Shown: piece by piece, positions 1-9,187 of the stretch
How positions within the stretch are numbered: the stretch's first letter is position 1
Layout: each line of letters opens with the position of its first letter
IMG/VR virus record: IMGVR_UViG_3300047539_000055
Reading direction: 5' to 3' (one strand)
From: a virus
Lineage: Duplodnaviria; Caudoviricetes
DNA length: 64,000 nucleotides
Made by a program: the position numbers and the translations under genes
The notes under the pieces: model-generated
Databases searched by the model: none
The model's input: the letters and a program-made list of their open reading frames with translations, nothing else
Told to the model about the DNA's origin: nothing

Positions 1-2
1 TT

Positions 3-416
3 GTTTTTGGATTGGATTGGGTAAAGCCAGAACATGAATGGGTATTTGTAACCGAAGGATTGTTTGATGCTCTGAGTGTAAAATGTTTGGCCGTTATGCA
101 TAATGAAATTAGTGATGCTCAAACTGAAATGATTTGTGATCTTCAGAAAAAGGTAATCGTTGTTCCCGATCTTGATAGGGCTGGACTTGCAAATCAAAAC
201 AATACACTAATCAACACCGCATTGGATAATGGTTGGTCGGTTTCCTTCCCACAATGGCCTGATAAGGATATCAATGCCGCATATGTAAAGTATGGTCAGT
301 TGTTTGTAATCAAACATTTGTTGGATCAAGCCACAGATAGTACAACAACAATCAGAGTGAAACAAAAATTATTGTTGAATGAATTGAAATCAAGAAAAGA
401 CCATAATTCATATTGA
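3..416 (+). CDS. DNA primase, C-terminal TOPRIM part (5'-truncated by window)
   Basis: VTEGLFDAL, VVPDLDRAG and KDIN TOPRIM motifs; directly upstream of the helicase; frame open to the window edge. Confidence 0.85.
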   Translation, partial: VFGLDWVKPEHEWVFVTEGLFDALSVKCLAVMHNEISDAQTEMICDLQKKVIVVPDLDRAGLANQNNTLINTALDNGWSVSFPQWPDKDINAAYVKYGQLFVIKHLLDQATDSTTTIRVKQKLLLNELKSRKDHNSY

Positions 417-442
417 CTATGCAATGTAATCAGCGATATACT
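413..442 (+). promoter_or_regulatory. sigma70-like promoter for the helicase
   Basis: TTGACT-N18-TATACT. Confidence 0.5.
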
Positions 443-468
443 TATATGGACTATAGAGGTAATATTTA

Positions 469-1857
469 ATGGCAATAGAAAAAAGCACACCCGAAGTGCA
501 ACGACTGTATCTCGATTTCATTCTTAGTAGTGGCGATCTTTTCACTCGCGTCCAAAATATTTTTAACCCACAAAATTTTGATCGCAGTCTTCAAAAAGCG
601 GCAAAATTTATTCAAGATCATGTACAGAAGTATAGTGTAATTCCAACAGTTCAACAAGTGAATGCCGTTGCTGGAACAGAATTACAACTAGTTTTAGAAG
701 AGGTTCGCGCAGCAGGAAACAACGAGTGGTTTTTAGATGCATTTGAGACATTTACTAAACGAGAAGAACTTGAACGAGCAATTTTAAAGAGCGTTGAATT
801 ACTTGACAAAGGAGATTTTGATCCTGTTGAAAAATTGATCAAAGATGCAGTACAAATTACGTTGACACGAGATTTGGGTATTGAATATTTTTATGATCCT
901 CGCGGAAGACTTATGCGAATCAAAAATAACAATGGTCAAATCAGTACTGGTTGGAAAGATATTGATGAAAAATTATATGGTGGTTTCAATCGCGGTGAAT
1001 TGAATATTTTTTGCGGAAGTGCTGGAACTGGTAAAAGTACATTTTTGCAGAATCTTTCATTGAATTGGATGGAAGCTGGCCTCAATGGAATTTTTATTAC
1101 CTTTGAAATGGGTCAAGACCTTGTAGCAATGCGTATTGATAGCATGATTACTGGCTTTGGTAGTAGAGACATTTATAAGAATCTTGATGATGTTGAATTG
1201 AAAATCAAAATGGCCGGTAAGAAATGTGGCCGATTGAAAATCAAATATATGCCTTCACAGAGTACGGTGAATCAAATCAAGGCATATGTAAAAGAACTTG
1301 CAATTCAGGAAAATTTCATACCTGATTTTATTTGTTTGGATTATCTGGATTTGATTATGCCAAGTGGAGCTAAGGTTGATGTAAGCGATGTGTTCACAAA
1401 AGATAAGTTAGTATGCGAAGAGTTGCGTAATTACTCAATTGAACTACGAGTCTTGCTGGCATCTGCATCACAATTGAATCGTAGTGCCTTTGATGAAATT
1501 GAATTCACTGGTGGAAATATTGCTGGTGGGTTGAGCAAACTGAATACCGCAGACAACTTATTTGGTATCTTTACAAATCGTAGTATGAAAGAACGTGGAG
1601 TAATTCAATTACAATTTATGAAGACTCGTAATAGCGCTGGTGTTGGAGCAAAGGTTGATTTGGATTGGAATGTGAATTCATTACGCATTACAAATTCAAC
1701 TCAAATTAGCGATCCTTCTGTCATGACGGGCAGTAATATTTTGGCACATATCAAGAGCGGTAAAAATGCTAACGCAACAACTATTGTGAGCAATGTAACT
1801 GACAACAAGCAGGGCAGTCTTCAATCTTTATTGGCTTCTATCAAGAAGGATGCATAG
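469..1857 (+). CDS. Replicative DNA helicase (T4 gp41/DnaB family)
   Basis: Walker A GSAGTGKS, ICLDYLDL Walker B, ASQLNR, MKTRN arginine finger. Confidence 0.95.
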   Translation: MAIEKSTPEVQRLYLDFILSSGDLFTRVQNIFNPQNFDRSLQKAAKFIQDHVQKYSVIPTVQQVNAVAGTELQLVLEEVRAAGNNEWFLDAFETFTKREELERAILKSVELLDKGDFDPVEKLIKDAVQITLTRDLGIEYFYDPRGRLMRIKNNNGQISTGWKDIDEKLYGGFNRGELNIFCGSAGTGKSTFLQNLSLNWMEAGLNGIFITFEMGQDLVAMRIDSMITGFGSRDIYKNLDDVELKIKMAGKKCGRLKIKYMPSQSTVNQIKAYVKELAIQENFIPDFICLDYLDLIMPSGAKVDVSDVFTKDKLVCEELRNYSIELRVLLASASQLNRSAFDEIEFTGGNIAGGLSKLNTADNLFGIFTNRSMKERGVIQLQFMKTRNSAGVGAKVDLDWNVNSLRITNSTQISDPSVMTGSNILAHIKSGKNANATTIVSNVTDNKQGSLQSLLASIKKDA

Positions 1858-1859
1858 AA

Positions 1860-2021
1860 ATGCATCATATGATGAATATGTTCTTATCAAGCATTGTTGG
1901 AATATGTTTTATAGTTTATGTATTTGGTGATTTTATGGTTTCTGTAATTAAGGACTGGCGACATACGCATCCATGGTTTCCAAACAAAAAGAAATGGGTT
2001 CTGAGAAAGTTTGAGGAATAA
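1860..2021 (+). CDS. Small membrane protein (53 aa, not in ORF track) ending WVLRKFEE
   Basis: Hand translation MHHMMNMFLSSIVGICFIVYVFGDF...KKKWVLRKFEE*; 3' end identical to that of the next gene. Confidence 0.6.
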   Translation: MHHMMNMFLSSIVGICFIVYVFGDFMVSVIKDWRHTHPWFPNKKKWVLRKFEE

Positions 2022-2022
2022 T

Positions 2023-2352
2023 ATGATATTCTCTTTGATTATCGGATGGTTACTTATAGGCTTTCTTGGTTTATATAATGCAATTGCCACTACTGGTAGT
2101 GCTACTGGTAATGAAGATAATAAAAAAGACTGGTGGAAAGATTTTACCGTAACTGATATTAAATACATGATACTATTCATATTATTGGGGCCGGCCGGAC
2201 TAATACTGGTCATTTGGGTTAATATAACAGAATGGCGAGAGTTTGAATGGCACTATGTTCCATTGCTAAGCACAGTAAAAGATATGTGGGGAACTTGGCG
2301 ACATAATCATCCAACAAAAGAAGAATGGGTTCTGAGAAAGTTTGAGGAATAA
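2023..2352 (+). CDS. Two-TM membrane protein ending EEWVLRKFEE
   Basis: Two hydrophobic segments; GAGG SD upstream of ATG 2023. Confidence 0.7.
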   Translation: MIFSLIIGWLLIGFLGLYNAIATTGSATGNEDNKKDWWKDFTVTDIKYMILFILLGPAGLILVIWVNITEWREFEWHYVPLLSTVKDMWGTWRHNHPTKEEWVLRKFEE

Positions 2353-2353
2353 A

Positions 2354-2566
2354 ATGACAAAAAGTGCAGAACGATTTGAAAAAATTGAACATTTAGAACA
2401 AGCTTTGCGATCCATCGCATTGTTGGGTGGAAATCTCCATGATGATCGTTTGACTGGCAACACTGGGCCAAATGATGCGGCGGCTCGTGGCTTGATGTAT
2501 ACTGGTGCAAGAAAGATTGCGATGGATGCGCTTGGTATCAAAACCATAGAGGAACTTTGGAAATAA
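2354..2566 (+). CDS. Hypothetical protein
   Basis: ORF with SD, tight packing. Confidence 0.6.
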   Translation: MTKSAERFEKIEHLEQALRSIALLGGNLHDDRLTGNTGPNDAAARGLMYTGARKIAMDALGIKTIEELWK

Positions 2567-2567
2567 T

Positions 2568-2753
2568 ATGACAAAATTAAATTTTGAAATTTATGTGAAT
2601 GACTATCTATTAGAAACAGTACATGAACCAAGTGAAATGTTAGCAACTGATGAATGGGTAGCAAATTATTTGAACAAACATCCAGAAATTGACCGAGAAA
2701 CAGCCAAGGTATCAGTTAAGATTGTTAAATCTGATTGTAAAACCTGTTCTTGA
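2568..2753 (+). CDS. Hypothetical protein
   Basis: ORF with SD, tight packing. Confidence 0.55.
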   Translation: MTKLNFEIYVNDYLLETVHEPSEMLATDEWVANYLNKHPEIDRETAKVSVKIVKSDCKTCS

Positions 2754-2765
2754 ATAAATAGTAAT

Positions 2766-3179
2766 ATGGCACTCAGTCTAGCATCTAAATTTGGTATCGC
2801 CGCAAGCATTACAAGTATTCTTGCTGTGGCTGGTACTGGGATTACTTGGGATATAAATGAACATCTTACTCTTGAAAAACGATTTGAGGCTATTCAACAA
2901 AATCAACAAAGTACCAATGCAGCCGTAAGAGTCATTGCATCCGAATTGACATCACAAAAACAAGACCTTATTGAACGATTGTTAACGGCGCAAAAACAAG
3001 AATTGAAAGAGGATGCGTCTTTACATCGTCAACTAAAAGAAAAAGATCAAGAGATACTTGCCGCAGAGAAAATGAATGGTACAGGTTTTAGTTTTGGACA
3101 CTACGCACAACAATATGCAGCCGATGCACCCGCCATTCCAGCCCAAAAAGGTAAAACAGTTCCTCCCGTAATTTACTAA
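2766..3179 (+). CDS. Late N-terminal TM plus coiled-coil protein (spanin-like architecture, unproven)
   Basis: TAAATA 5 nt before ATG; N-terminal hydrophobic helix followed by a Q/E/K-rich coiled coil. Confidence 0.5.
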   Translation: MALSLASKFGIAASITSILAVAGTGITWDINEHLTLEKRFEAIQQNQQSTNAAVRVIASELTSQKQDLIERLLTAQKQELKEDASLHRQLKEKDQEILAAEKMNGTGFSFGHYAQQYAADAPAIPAQKGKTVPPVIY

Positions 3180-3207
3180 ATCATTTATTTTCAATAACAT
3201 AATTTAG

Positions 3208-3237
3208 TTGACACCAAACCATAATTTATGGTATACT
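3208..3237 (+). promoter_or_regulatory. sigma70-like early promoter with extended -10
   Basis: TTGACA-N18-TATACT, TGn before the -10. Confidence 0.75.
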
Positions 3238-3245
3238 ATAAGTGT

Positions 3246-4268
3246 ATGAAAATACTATTTTCCACACAAAGCGGGTCACAATTATACGGCACTTTTACCT
3301 CGACTTCAGATGTTGATTTGAAGCATGTGGTTTTGCCATCTTTGAATAATATGTTGCTCGGTAAAAGACTCACTAATGAAGTAATCAAAACCAACAACAA
3401 AAAATTTGAGAGAAATTCTGCCGAAGATGTTGATATTGAAAATATTCCTGTGCAGATTCTTGCATATGATTTTCTTGGTGGTCAGACTTATGCCTTGGAG
3501 TTGGCCTTCGCAGTTGATTACACCGAAGCTGGTCAGATTATTCATGATCCGTTGATCCTTGGATTTTGCAGGGAACTTCGTTGCAGATTTCTGACTTCAA
3601 ATATGTCAGCATTGATTGGTTATGCTGTCAATCAGGCATCCTTGTATTCTTTCAAGGGTGAACGATTGAATGCTGTTCGCGCTGTCAAGGATTTATTTTT
3701 GAATATTGGATTGATTCATGGCCCTACTGCCAAACCAAACGAATATTCAGTTGAGTTTGAAAATATGGCTAAGGAAATTGAAAAACAGTTTCCAAAGTCT
3801 TTTTCTATAACTGAATACGAAGTTGATTGCAATGGAACTATGAAACCTTGTATCAAGGTGTTGGAAAAGATTTTGCCTTATACTAGCACTTTTGAAACTA
3901 GTCTCAAGGTTGTGAATGCTCAGCTAAAGAAATATGGTAGTCGTGCAGATGCGGCCTCCATTGATAACGTGGATTGGAAGGCTACTTCTCATGCTTTGCG
4001 TGTTGTGGAAGAGGGCATCACTTTGTTGAAAGACAGAAATCTTATTTTTCCATTCAATAAAGAGTATGTTGATTTGCTTGTATCAATCAAATTGGGCAAA
4101 CTTCCATACAATGAAGTTATTGATATGATCAATGTTAGACTGGATGAATTGAAGGCATTGGAAGTTGTATCTACCTTGCCAAAGAGCAGTCCAGAATTGG
4201 CAGAGTCATTGAATACATGGCTTGCAGAATGGTTGAGGCAATGGTATGGACTCCCGTACACGATCTAA
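3246..4268 (+). CDS. Nucleotidyltransferase, Pol-beta superfamily (RlaP-like phage NTase)
   Basis: GSQLYG...SDVDLK motif; C-terminal DWKATSHALRV...IKLG typical of phage NTases; start moved to MKIL. Confidence 0.8.
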   Translation: MKILFSTQSGSQLYGTFTSTSDVDLKHVVLPSLNNMLLGKRLTNEVIKTNNKKFERNSAEDVDIENIPVQILAYDFLGGQTYALELAFAVDYTEAGQIIHDPLILGFCRELRCRFLTSNMSALIGYAVNQASLYSFKGERLNAVRAVKDLFLNIGLIHGPTAKPNEYSVEFENMAKEIEKQFPKSFSITEYEVDCNGTMKPCIKVLEKILPYTSTFETSLKVVNAQLKKYGSRADAASIDNVDWKATSHALRVVEEGITLLKDRNLIFPFNKEYVDLLVSIKLGKLPYNEVIDMINVRLDELKALEVVSTLPKSSPELAESLNTWLAEWLRQWYGLPYTI

Positions 4269-4506
4269 AGGTTGTGTCGTAAATATTCCACAGATGGGCG
4301 TGGCATATATTCACGCCTATACACCATGTATACATTCAATACGGGAGAATGGATTTCCATTGAGCATAAGAAAGTTTAAGAAATATTGGAAAGAAAAATA
4401 CAATGTACGAATTGTTTCTCCACGTAAAAACGGAGGATATAGTGATTACAAATTCATCTTTGAAGATGAAGGCGCTTATGTATTGTTTATGTTGGAGTGG
4501 GCATAA
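4246..4506 (+). CDS. Array A protein 1 (C-terminal YVLFMLEWA)
   Basis: Shared family motifs. Confidence 0.7.
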   Translation: MDSRTRSKGCVVNIPQMGVAYIHAYTPCIHSIRENGFPLSIRKFKKYWKEKYNVRIVSPRKNGGYSDYKFIFEDEGAYVLFMLEWA

Positions 4507-4754
4507 TGCTTATAAAAAGTTGGAAACTAAAATCAAAATATTTTGATTCGCAATTTGATAGAGTTGCCAATACTATATGGTATATATGGTGTGATGAACG
4601 AATGAATCAGGCGAAAGATGTATTAGATGCCGAAAAATGGGAAGAACGCTTTCATTGTAAACCATTGATTTCTAAATCAGAAAAAAATACTTGGGATGGA
4701 TTGATTTTTAATGATGAAGCGCATTATATGCTATTTCTTTTGGAGTGGGCATGA
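4506..4754 (+). CDS. Array A protein 2 (HYMLFLLEWA)
   Basis: TAATG coupling; shared motifs. Confidence 0.8.
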   Translation: MLIKSWKLKSKYFDSQFDRVANTIWYIWCDERMNQAKDVLDAEKWEERFHCKPLISKSEKNTWDGLIFNDEAHYMLFLLEWA

Positions 4755-4996
4755 TTGAAAAAATTTGGGATAAAAATTTACCTGATTACGATAAAAATTT
4801 TGATCTAATTAGCGATAATATTTGGGATGCTTGGCGTGAAGAATGTAATAGTAAGCCTCTTGATCTTCATAATGATGCTGTAAAATTTGAAAGAAGATTT
4901 AGTTATAAGCCAATAATTGGTGAAAGTAAGAATTGGAAGGGTTTAAGATTTAGAAATGAAGGCCACTATATGCTGTTTCTTTTGGAGTGGGCATGA
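4751..4996 (+). CDS. Array A protein 3 (HYMLFLLEWA)
   Basis: ATGA coupling; close paralog of 2 and 4. Confidence 0.8.
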   Translation: MIEKIWDKNLPDYDKNFDLISDNIWDAWREECNSKPLDLHNDAVKFERRFSYKPIIGESKNWKGLRFRNEGHYMLFLLEWA

Positions 4997-5220
4997 TTAG
5001 AAAAATTTGGAATGCTGATTCACCTAATTACGATAACCAGTTTGATAAAGCCAGTGACAATCTTTGGGATGTTTGGCGCGAAGAATGTGGGGATGTTCGT
5101 AATAGGAAAAAATTTATAGAAAGATTTGGTTATAAGCTATTTGTAGACTCAGGCTCTTGGGATGGTTTGATATTTAGAAATAAGGGCCATTACATGCTGT
5201 TCTTATTGGAATGGAGCTGA
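4993..5220 (+). CDS. Array A protein 4 (HYMLFLLEWS)
   Basis: ATGA coupling; paralog. Confidence 0.8.
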   Translation: MIRKIWNADSPNYDNQFDKASDNLWDVWREECGDVRNRKKFIERFGYKLFVDSGSWDGLIFRNKGHYMLFLLEWS

Positions 5221-5221
5221 A

Positions 5222-5461
5222 ATGTATAAAGCTTCCGTTGAATATATGGGCATCACTTTTGAACATGCGTGGCAACATGCAGTTGATGAGTTACCACTAG
5301 GATGCAGCGGAGAGGCAGTCATTCGTTATTTCAAAGAAAATTATGATGTTGAACTCATTTATGGAATTTCGACTGAGAGGTATGGTAACAATTTTGGGTG
5401 GCAGTTTGCCGAATTTAAAAGTAAATCAGCATATGTGATGTTTATGTTGGAATGGAGCTAA
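5222..5461 (+). CDS. Array A protein 5 (AYVMFMLEWS)
   Basis: Shared motifs. Confidence 0.8.
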   Translation: MYKASVEYMGITFEHAWQHAVDELPLGCSGEAVIRYFKENYDVELIYGISTERYGNNFGWQFAEFKSKSAYVMFMLEWS

Positions 5462-5716
5462 ATGGCATATCAAGTGTGTATCAAACCTGGAAGTAAGCAA
5501 TTTACACCCTTTGTTCATACTATATTTCATAGAGCGCACGAGGCAATATTTGAGTCTTGTACTAATCCTAGTATGAAGGAATTGCGTGATGCTTGGTATG
5601 AGAAATTTAAAGTAAAAATCATTTATAAAAAATCACTTGAAACTTGGACGCATCTTGAGTTTGAAAATAAAGGGGCATATATATGTTGTTTATGCTGGAG
5701 TGGTCATGAAATATAG
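5462..5716 (+). CDS. Array A protein 6, C-terminal tag frameshifted
   Basis: GCATATATATGTTGTTTATGCTGGAGTGGTCATGA: removing one AT restores AYMLFMLEWS*. Confidence 0.7.
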   Translation: MAYQVCIKPGSKQFTPFVHTIFHRAHEAIFESCTNPSMKELRDAWYEKFKVKIIYKKSLETWTHLEFENKGAYICCLCWSGHEI

Positions 5717-5930
5717 AGCAACTTATAAGAGTATATTGCCTACTTATAACAAGGCATGGGGGGCATTACATACTCCATTCATTCTTAATTGGACTTGGGA
5801 AAAAATTGAAAAAGAATTCAAGGAAAAACATCACGCTACTTTAATTCGTTCAGCAGAAACAAATTTTTTTGAATTTATTGAATTTGAAAGTGAAGGCGAT
5901 TTTGTATTGTTTATGTTGGAATGGAGTTGA
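5706..5930 (+). CDS. Array A protein 7 (DFVLFMLEWS)
   Basis: ATG overlaps the restored TGA of protein 6. Confidence 0.8.
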   Translation: MKYRATYKSILPTYNKAWGALHTPFILNWTWEKIEKEFKEKHHATLIRSAETNFFEFIEFESEGDFVLFMLEWS

Positions 5931-5931
5931 A

Positions 5932-6171
5932 ATGTACAACACGACACCTAACAAACTTGGCGTAGCATTTGATAGAGCATGGGATGCAGCATCCGTATCC
6001 ATAGATGAGGGTAGTATAGATCAAATAGAAAAATATTTCAAAGAACGATGGAAAATTACTTTATCTGATAAAATTCTTGAAAAATCTGAAGCTTGGAATC
6101 CGTATGTATGGGAATGTGTAAGTTTCAAAAGCAAAGCGGCGTTTGTATTGTTTATGTTGGAATGGAGTTGA
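5932..6171 (+). CDS. Array A protein 8 (AFVLFMLEWS)
   Basis: Shared motifs; SD inside the previous tag. Confidence 0.8.
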   Translation: MYNTTPNKLGVAFDRAWDAASVSIDEGSIDQIEKYFKERWKITLSDKILEKSEAWNPYVWECVSFKSKAAFVLFMLEWS

Positions 6172-6435
6172 ATGAAATACCAAACAACAGCAAAAGCATT
6201 GGGAAATGCATTTCACAATGCACATCAATCATTATGGAAGAATGGTGAATTCAATCATACCCTATCGGTTAAGAAACAAGTTCAGGGTTGGAAAGATAAA
6301 TTCCATGTTAAAATAACTGGTGGACATTTTGATAATGTTTTTTCAACAGGAGAAAATGAATGGAATACTGAAGATGTTGTTCTTGAATTTGAAAGTGAAG
6401 CAGCATGTATGTTGTTTATGTTGGAATGGAGTTGA
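6172..6435 (+). CDS. Array A protein 9 (ACMLFMLEWS)
   Basis: Shared motifs. Confidence 0.8.
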   Translation: MKYQTTAKALGNAFHNAHQSLWKNGEFNHTLSVKKQVQGWKDKFHVKITGGHFDNVFSTGENEWNTEDVVLEFESEAACMLFMLEWS

Positions 6436-6436
6436 T

Positions 6437-7006
6437 ATGGCAATCTTAGTAACGGCTGATCCGCACTTCGGGCACCGCAATATTTTGAAATTTTGTTCTC
6501 GTCCGTTTGCAAATGTAAACGAAATGGACGAAGTGTTGATCAAAAATTGGAACAGTGTAACTCGACCGGAAGACGAAATTCATGTTGTGGGTGATTTTGC
6601 GTTTTGCTGTACGATGGATTATGCGTTGAACATCATGAAGAGATTGAACGGCACAAAGCATTTGGTCACTGGTAATCACGATGAACTTGCTCTCAAGATG
6701 AATGATATACGACCAGGCACTTGGAAGACGATCAAAGAAATGAATGAAATTGTCATTCAGAATCAGAAAATTGTTTTATGTCATTATCCAATAGCCGATG
6801 GACATTGGCATCATGCGTATAAAGGAGTATGGATGCTATACGGTCATGTTCATGGAACTTTTCAAAATCCAGGAAAATCATTGGATGTAGGCGTTGATTG
6901 TTGGAATTACACACCGGCAAACTTTCAAGATATCAAAAAGAAAATGGATGATCGGCCAAATCCATTTGTAATACAGAAAAAAGATCAATGGGATAAATCA
7001 GAATGA
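6437..7006 (+). CDS. Calcineurin-like metallophosphoesterase
   Basis: DPHFGH, GDF, GNHD, CHYP, GHVH motifs; start at MAILV. Confidence 0.9.
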   Translation: MAILVTADPHFGHRNILKFCSRPFANVNEMDEVLIKNWNSVTRPEDEIHVVGDFAFCCTMDYALNIMKRLNGTKHLVTGNHDELALKMNDIRPGTWKTIKEMNEIVIQNQKIVLCHYPIADGHWHHAYKGVWMLYGHVHGTFQNPGKSLDVGVDCWNYTPANFQDIKKKMDDRPNPFVIQKKDQWDKSE

Positions 7007-7157
7007 AAAGAGAAACAATGAACGCATTTTTCAATAAAGTTTGGCACGCAATAAGAACTTTCTTTGTTGCGCCTGATCATGTGTTTGCAGATGAACTCAC
7101 TGACGAAACTGGTCGTCCACTAACCGATGAATCTTTAGATGATATCACAGAGGAATA

Positions 7158-7442
7158 ATGCCTAGAAAGTTGAATCATATGATGAAATGGCAAGATGATA
7201 CTGGAGAAGAATTACATATCGGGGATGTTGTGCGGTTTGCTAGTAATAATGAAAATTTTTATTATCCAGCAGAATTTCCTAAATTAATGGGAAAAATTGT
7301 TCCTTTATCATTTGGTGATGGTGATACAAATATAATATGTATTCAATGCGAAGGCAATTCATCAACAAGAAATTTGCGAAAATGTTGGTCAACTAGAAAG
7401 GTATCAGACGAAGAAGCAACACTTTTTATGTTTGGATTCTGA
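7158..7442 (+). CDS. Array B (KOW/SH3/YopX-like) protein, tag SDEEATLFMF
   Basis: ELHIGDVV at the N-terminus; C-terminal tag. Confidence 0.7.
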   Translation: MPRKLNHMMKWQDDTGEELHIGDVVRFASNNENFYYPAEFPKLMGKIVPLSFGDGDTNIICIQCEGNSSTRNLRKCWSTRKVSDEEATLFMFGF

Positions 7443-7444
7443 TT

Positions 7445-7747
7445 ATGAAAAAAAATTTTTGGGACAAAAATGCAAATAAATTACGTCAAGGAGATTTAGT
7501 TTTTATTACTGTGTATGAGCCAATGCTAAGGCATACTGCCCCCACACTTATGTTAGGCAAAATAATGCTGCGACCACCTGACTATTATGGAAATACTAAG
7601 GTTGATGTGGATTTGGGTGATAGTTGTCTTAGTAAAAGAACACGATACTCAACCACGTTAGAACTCGCAAATGGGTTGGAAGACGAATATAATCAACAAG
7701 TTAAGGATTATGACCAATATTTGATGCTTTATATGTTTGAGTCATAA
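7445..7747 (+). CDS. Array B protein, tag QYLMLYMFES
   Basis: DKNANKLRQGDLV; tag. Confidence 0.7.
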   Translation: MKKNFWDKNANKLRQGDLVFITVYEPMLRHTAPTLMLGKIMLRPPDYYGNTKVDVDLGDSCLSKRTRYSTTLELANGLEDEYNQQVKDYDQYLMLYMFES

Positions 7748-7748
7748 A

Positions 7749-7783
7749 AATCCCAAGTCTCTGAAAATAAAGGACTTGGGATT
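7749..7783. terminator. Hairpin (terminator or operator) before the CCA gene promoter
   Basis: AATCCCAAGTC / GACTTGGGATT 11-bp inverted repeat. Confidence 0.55.
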
Positions 7784-7793
7784 GCTGTTTCTA

Positions 7794-7833
7794 TTGACTT
7801 TCTAATTGAAATTTGGTATACTATATTTGTAGT
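7794..7833 (+). promoter_or_regulatory. Early promoter cassette copy 1
   Basis: TTGACT-N17-TATACT followed by ATATTTGTAGT, as at 14037 and 16738. Confidence 0.85.
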
Positions 7834-7837
7834 TGAA

Positions 7838-9187
7838 ATGGGGTATTCAGTGACCAACACCAATGAAATGAGAAAGGCCGCGCTGAGTGTTATGTCTACA
7901 CTCACTAAGGCAGGTTTTGTCTCCTATATGGTTGGCGGTTGCGTTCGTGATACTCTGCTTGGCAAGGAGCCAAAGGATTTTGACGTAACCACCAATGCTA
8001 CTCCCGATCAGGTTGCTGCACTTTTCAACAACTCTGCTTTCGTTGGTGCACATTTTGGTGTGAGCCTTGTAAAGTTTGAGGATGCTGATGTGGAAGTTGC
8101 TACTTTTCGCCGTGATGGTGAATATAGCGACAATCGCCGCCCTGACTCTGTTGAATTGACTTTGGATGTTCGCGAAGATGTTACTCGCCGCGATTTTACT
8201 GTCAATGCTCTGTTGATGGACGAAAACGGAAATGTGGTTGATCATGTTAACGGTTTGGTTGACTTGAACAATCGCGTTCTGCGTTGCGTTGGAAATCCTG
8301 ATGATCGTTTTAATGAGGATTCTCTGCGAATGCTTCGCGCAGTTCGTTTCTGTGCCATGCACGAATTTGTGCTTGAGTCTGATACTTTCAATGCGATAGT
8401 TCGTAACGCACATCTTGTCAAGAATGTCAGCGCAGAACGTGTTGCTGGCGAATTGTCCAAGATGCTTGTCAGCGGTCATGCCGATGTTGCTTTTGATCTT
8501 CTGTTGGAAACTGGTTTGGCAAAGTTTGTAATGCCTGAACTCTGTGACTTTGTAGGTTGTGAGCATAACTCCAGCTTTCACCCCGAAGGCGATGTTGCGA
8601 ACCATGTTCGTCTCTTGCTTGCTGGTTTGGAAAAGGGTTGCTCTTTGACTCTTGCATTGGCAGTTTTGCTGCACGATGTGGCGAAGCCGCGTACTCGTGG
8701 CGTTACTAAGGAAGGTAAGACTCATTTTCGTGGTCACGAAAATGTTGGCGCTGATATGGCAAAGGACATACTGCATCGTTTGAAGTTTTCTAACGATGTT
8801 ACCGATGTTGTTGTCAATCACGTAAAGAACCATATGAAGTTTTTCGTTGCGCGTCAGATGAAGCGTAGCACTCTTATGCGTTTCTTGCGTTTGCCGAACT
8901 TTGCTGAACTTCTGGCACTTGGCAAGTTGGACGTTGGAGCCTCTAACAAGGATTTCAGCGATGTTGAATTTGTTGAGCGTTTTTTGAAGGAACACGGTGA
9001 TGAACTGACTCGTGAACGATTTGTAAATGGTGACGACTTGATAGCGATGGGTTTTGTTCCTGGTCCTAACTTCAAGGTGTTGCTTGAGCAGGTTGAAACT
9101 GAGCAGTTTGAAAATCGCTTGACTACTCGTGAGGCCGCGCTGAATTTTGTTCGTGCGCGGTCACCACGGCGAGAAAAGAGAAAGTGA
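7838..9187 (+). CDS. cca: tRNA nucleotidyltransferase (CCA-adding/poly(A) polymerase class II) with HD domain
   Basis: VGGCVRD, DFDVTT, EVATFR, RRDFTVNA, RFNEDSLRMLRAVRF, HPEGDV, LLHDVAKP. Confidence 0.93.
   Translation: MGYSVTNTNEMRKAALSVMSTLTKAGFVSYMVGGCVRDTLLGKEPKDFDVTTNATPDQVAALFNNSAFVGAHFGVSLVKFEDADVEVATFRRDGEYSDNRRPDSVELTLDVREDVTRRDFTVNALLMDENGNVVDHVNGLVDLNNRVLRCVGNPDDRFNEDSLRMLRAVRFCAMHEFVLESDTFNAIVRNAHLVKNVSAERVAGELSKMLVSGHADVAFDLLLETGLAKFVMPELCDFVGCEHNSSFHPEGDVANHVRLLLAGLEKGCSLTLALAVLLHDVAKPRTRGVTKEGKTHFRGHENVGADMAKDILHRLKFSNDVTDVVVNHVKNHMKFFVARQMKRSTLMRFLRLPNFAELLALGKLDVGASNKDFSDVEFVERFLKEHGDELTRERFVNGDDLIAMGFVPGPNFKVLLEQVETEQFENRLTTREAALNFVRARSPRREKRK

Noticed and set aside
4480-6435. 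Periodic ~25-nt repeat as a CRISPR array or integron attC array
   Set aside because: The intervals are 225-265 bp coding ORFs, and the repeats are degenerate, in-frame and non-palindromic; no cas or integrase gene in the window.
7847-8995. 382-aa minus-strand ORF and other long antisense ORFs (24162-24707, 44178-44735, 54426-54989, 63337-63567)
   Set aside because: Shadows of well-supported genes on the opposite strand; no motifs, SD or promoter.
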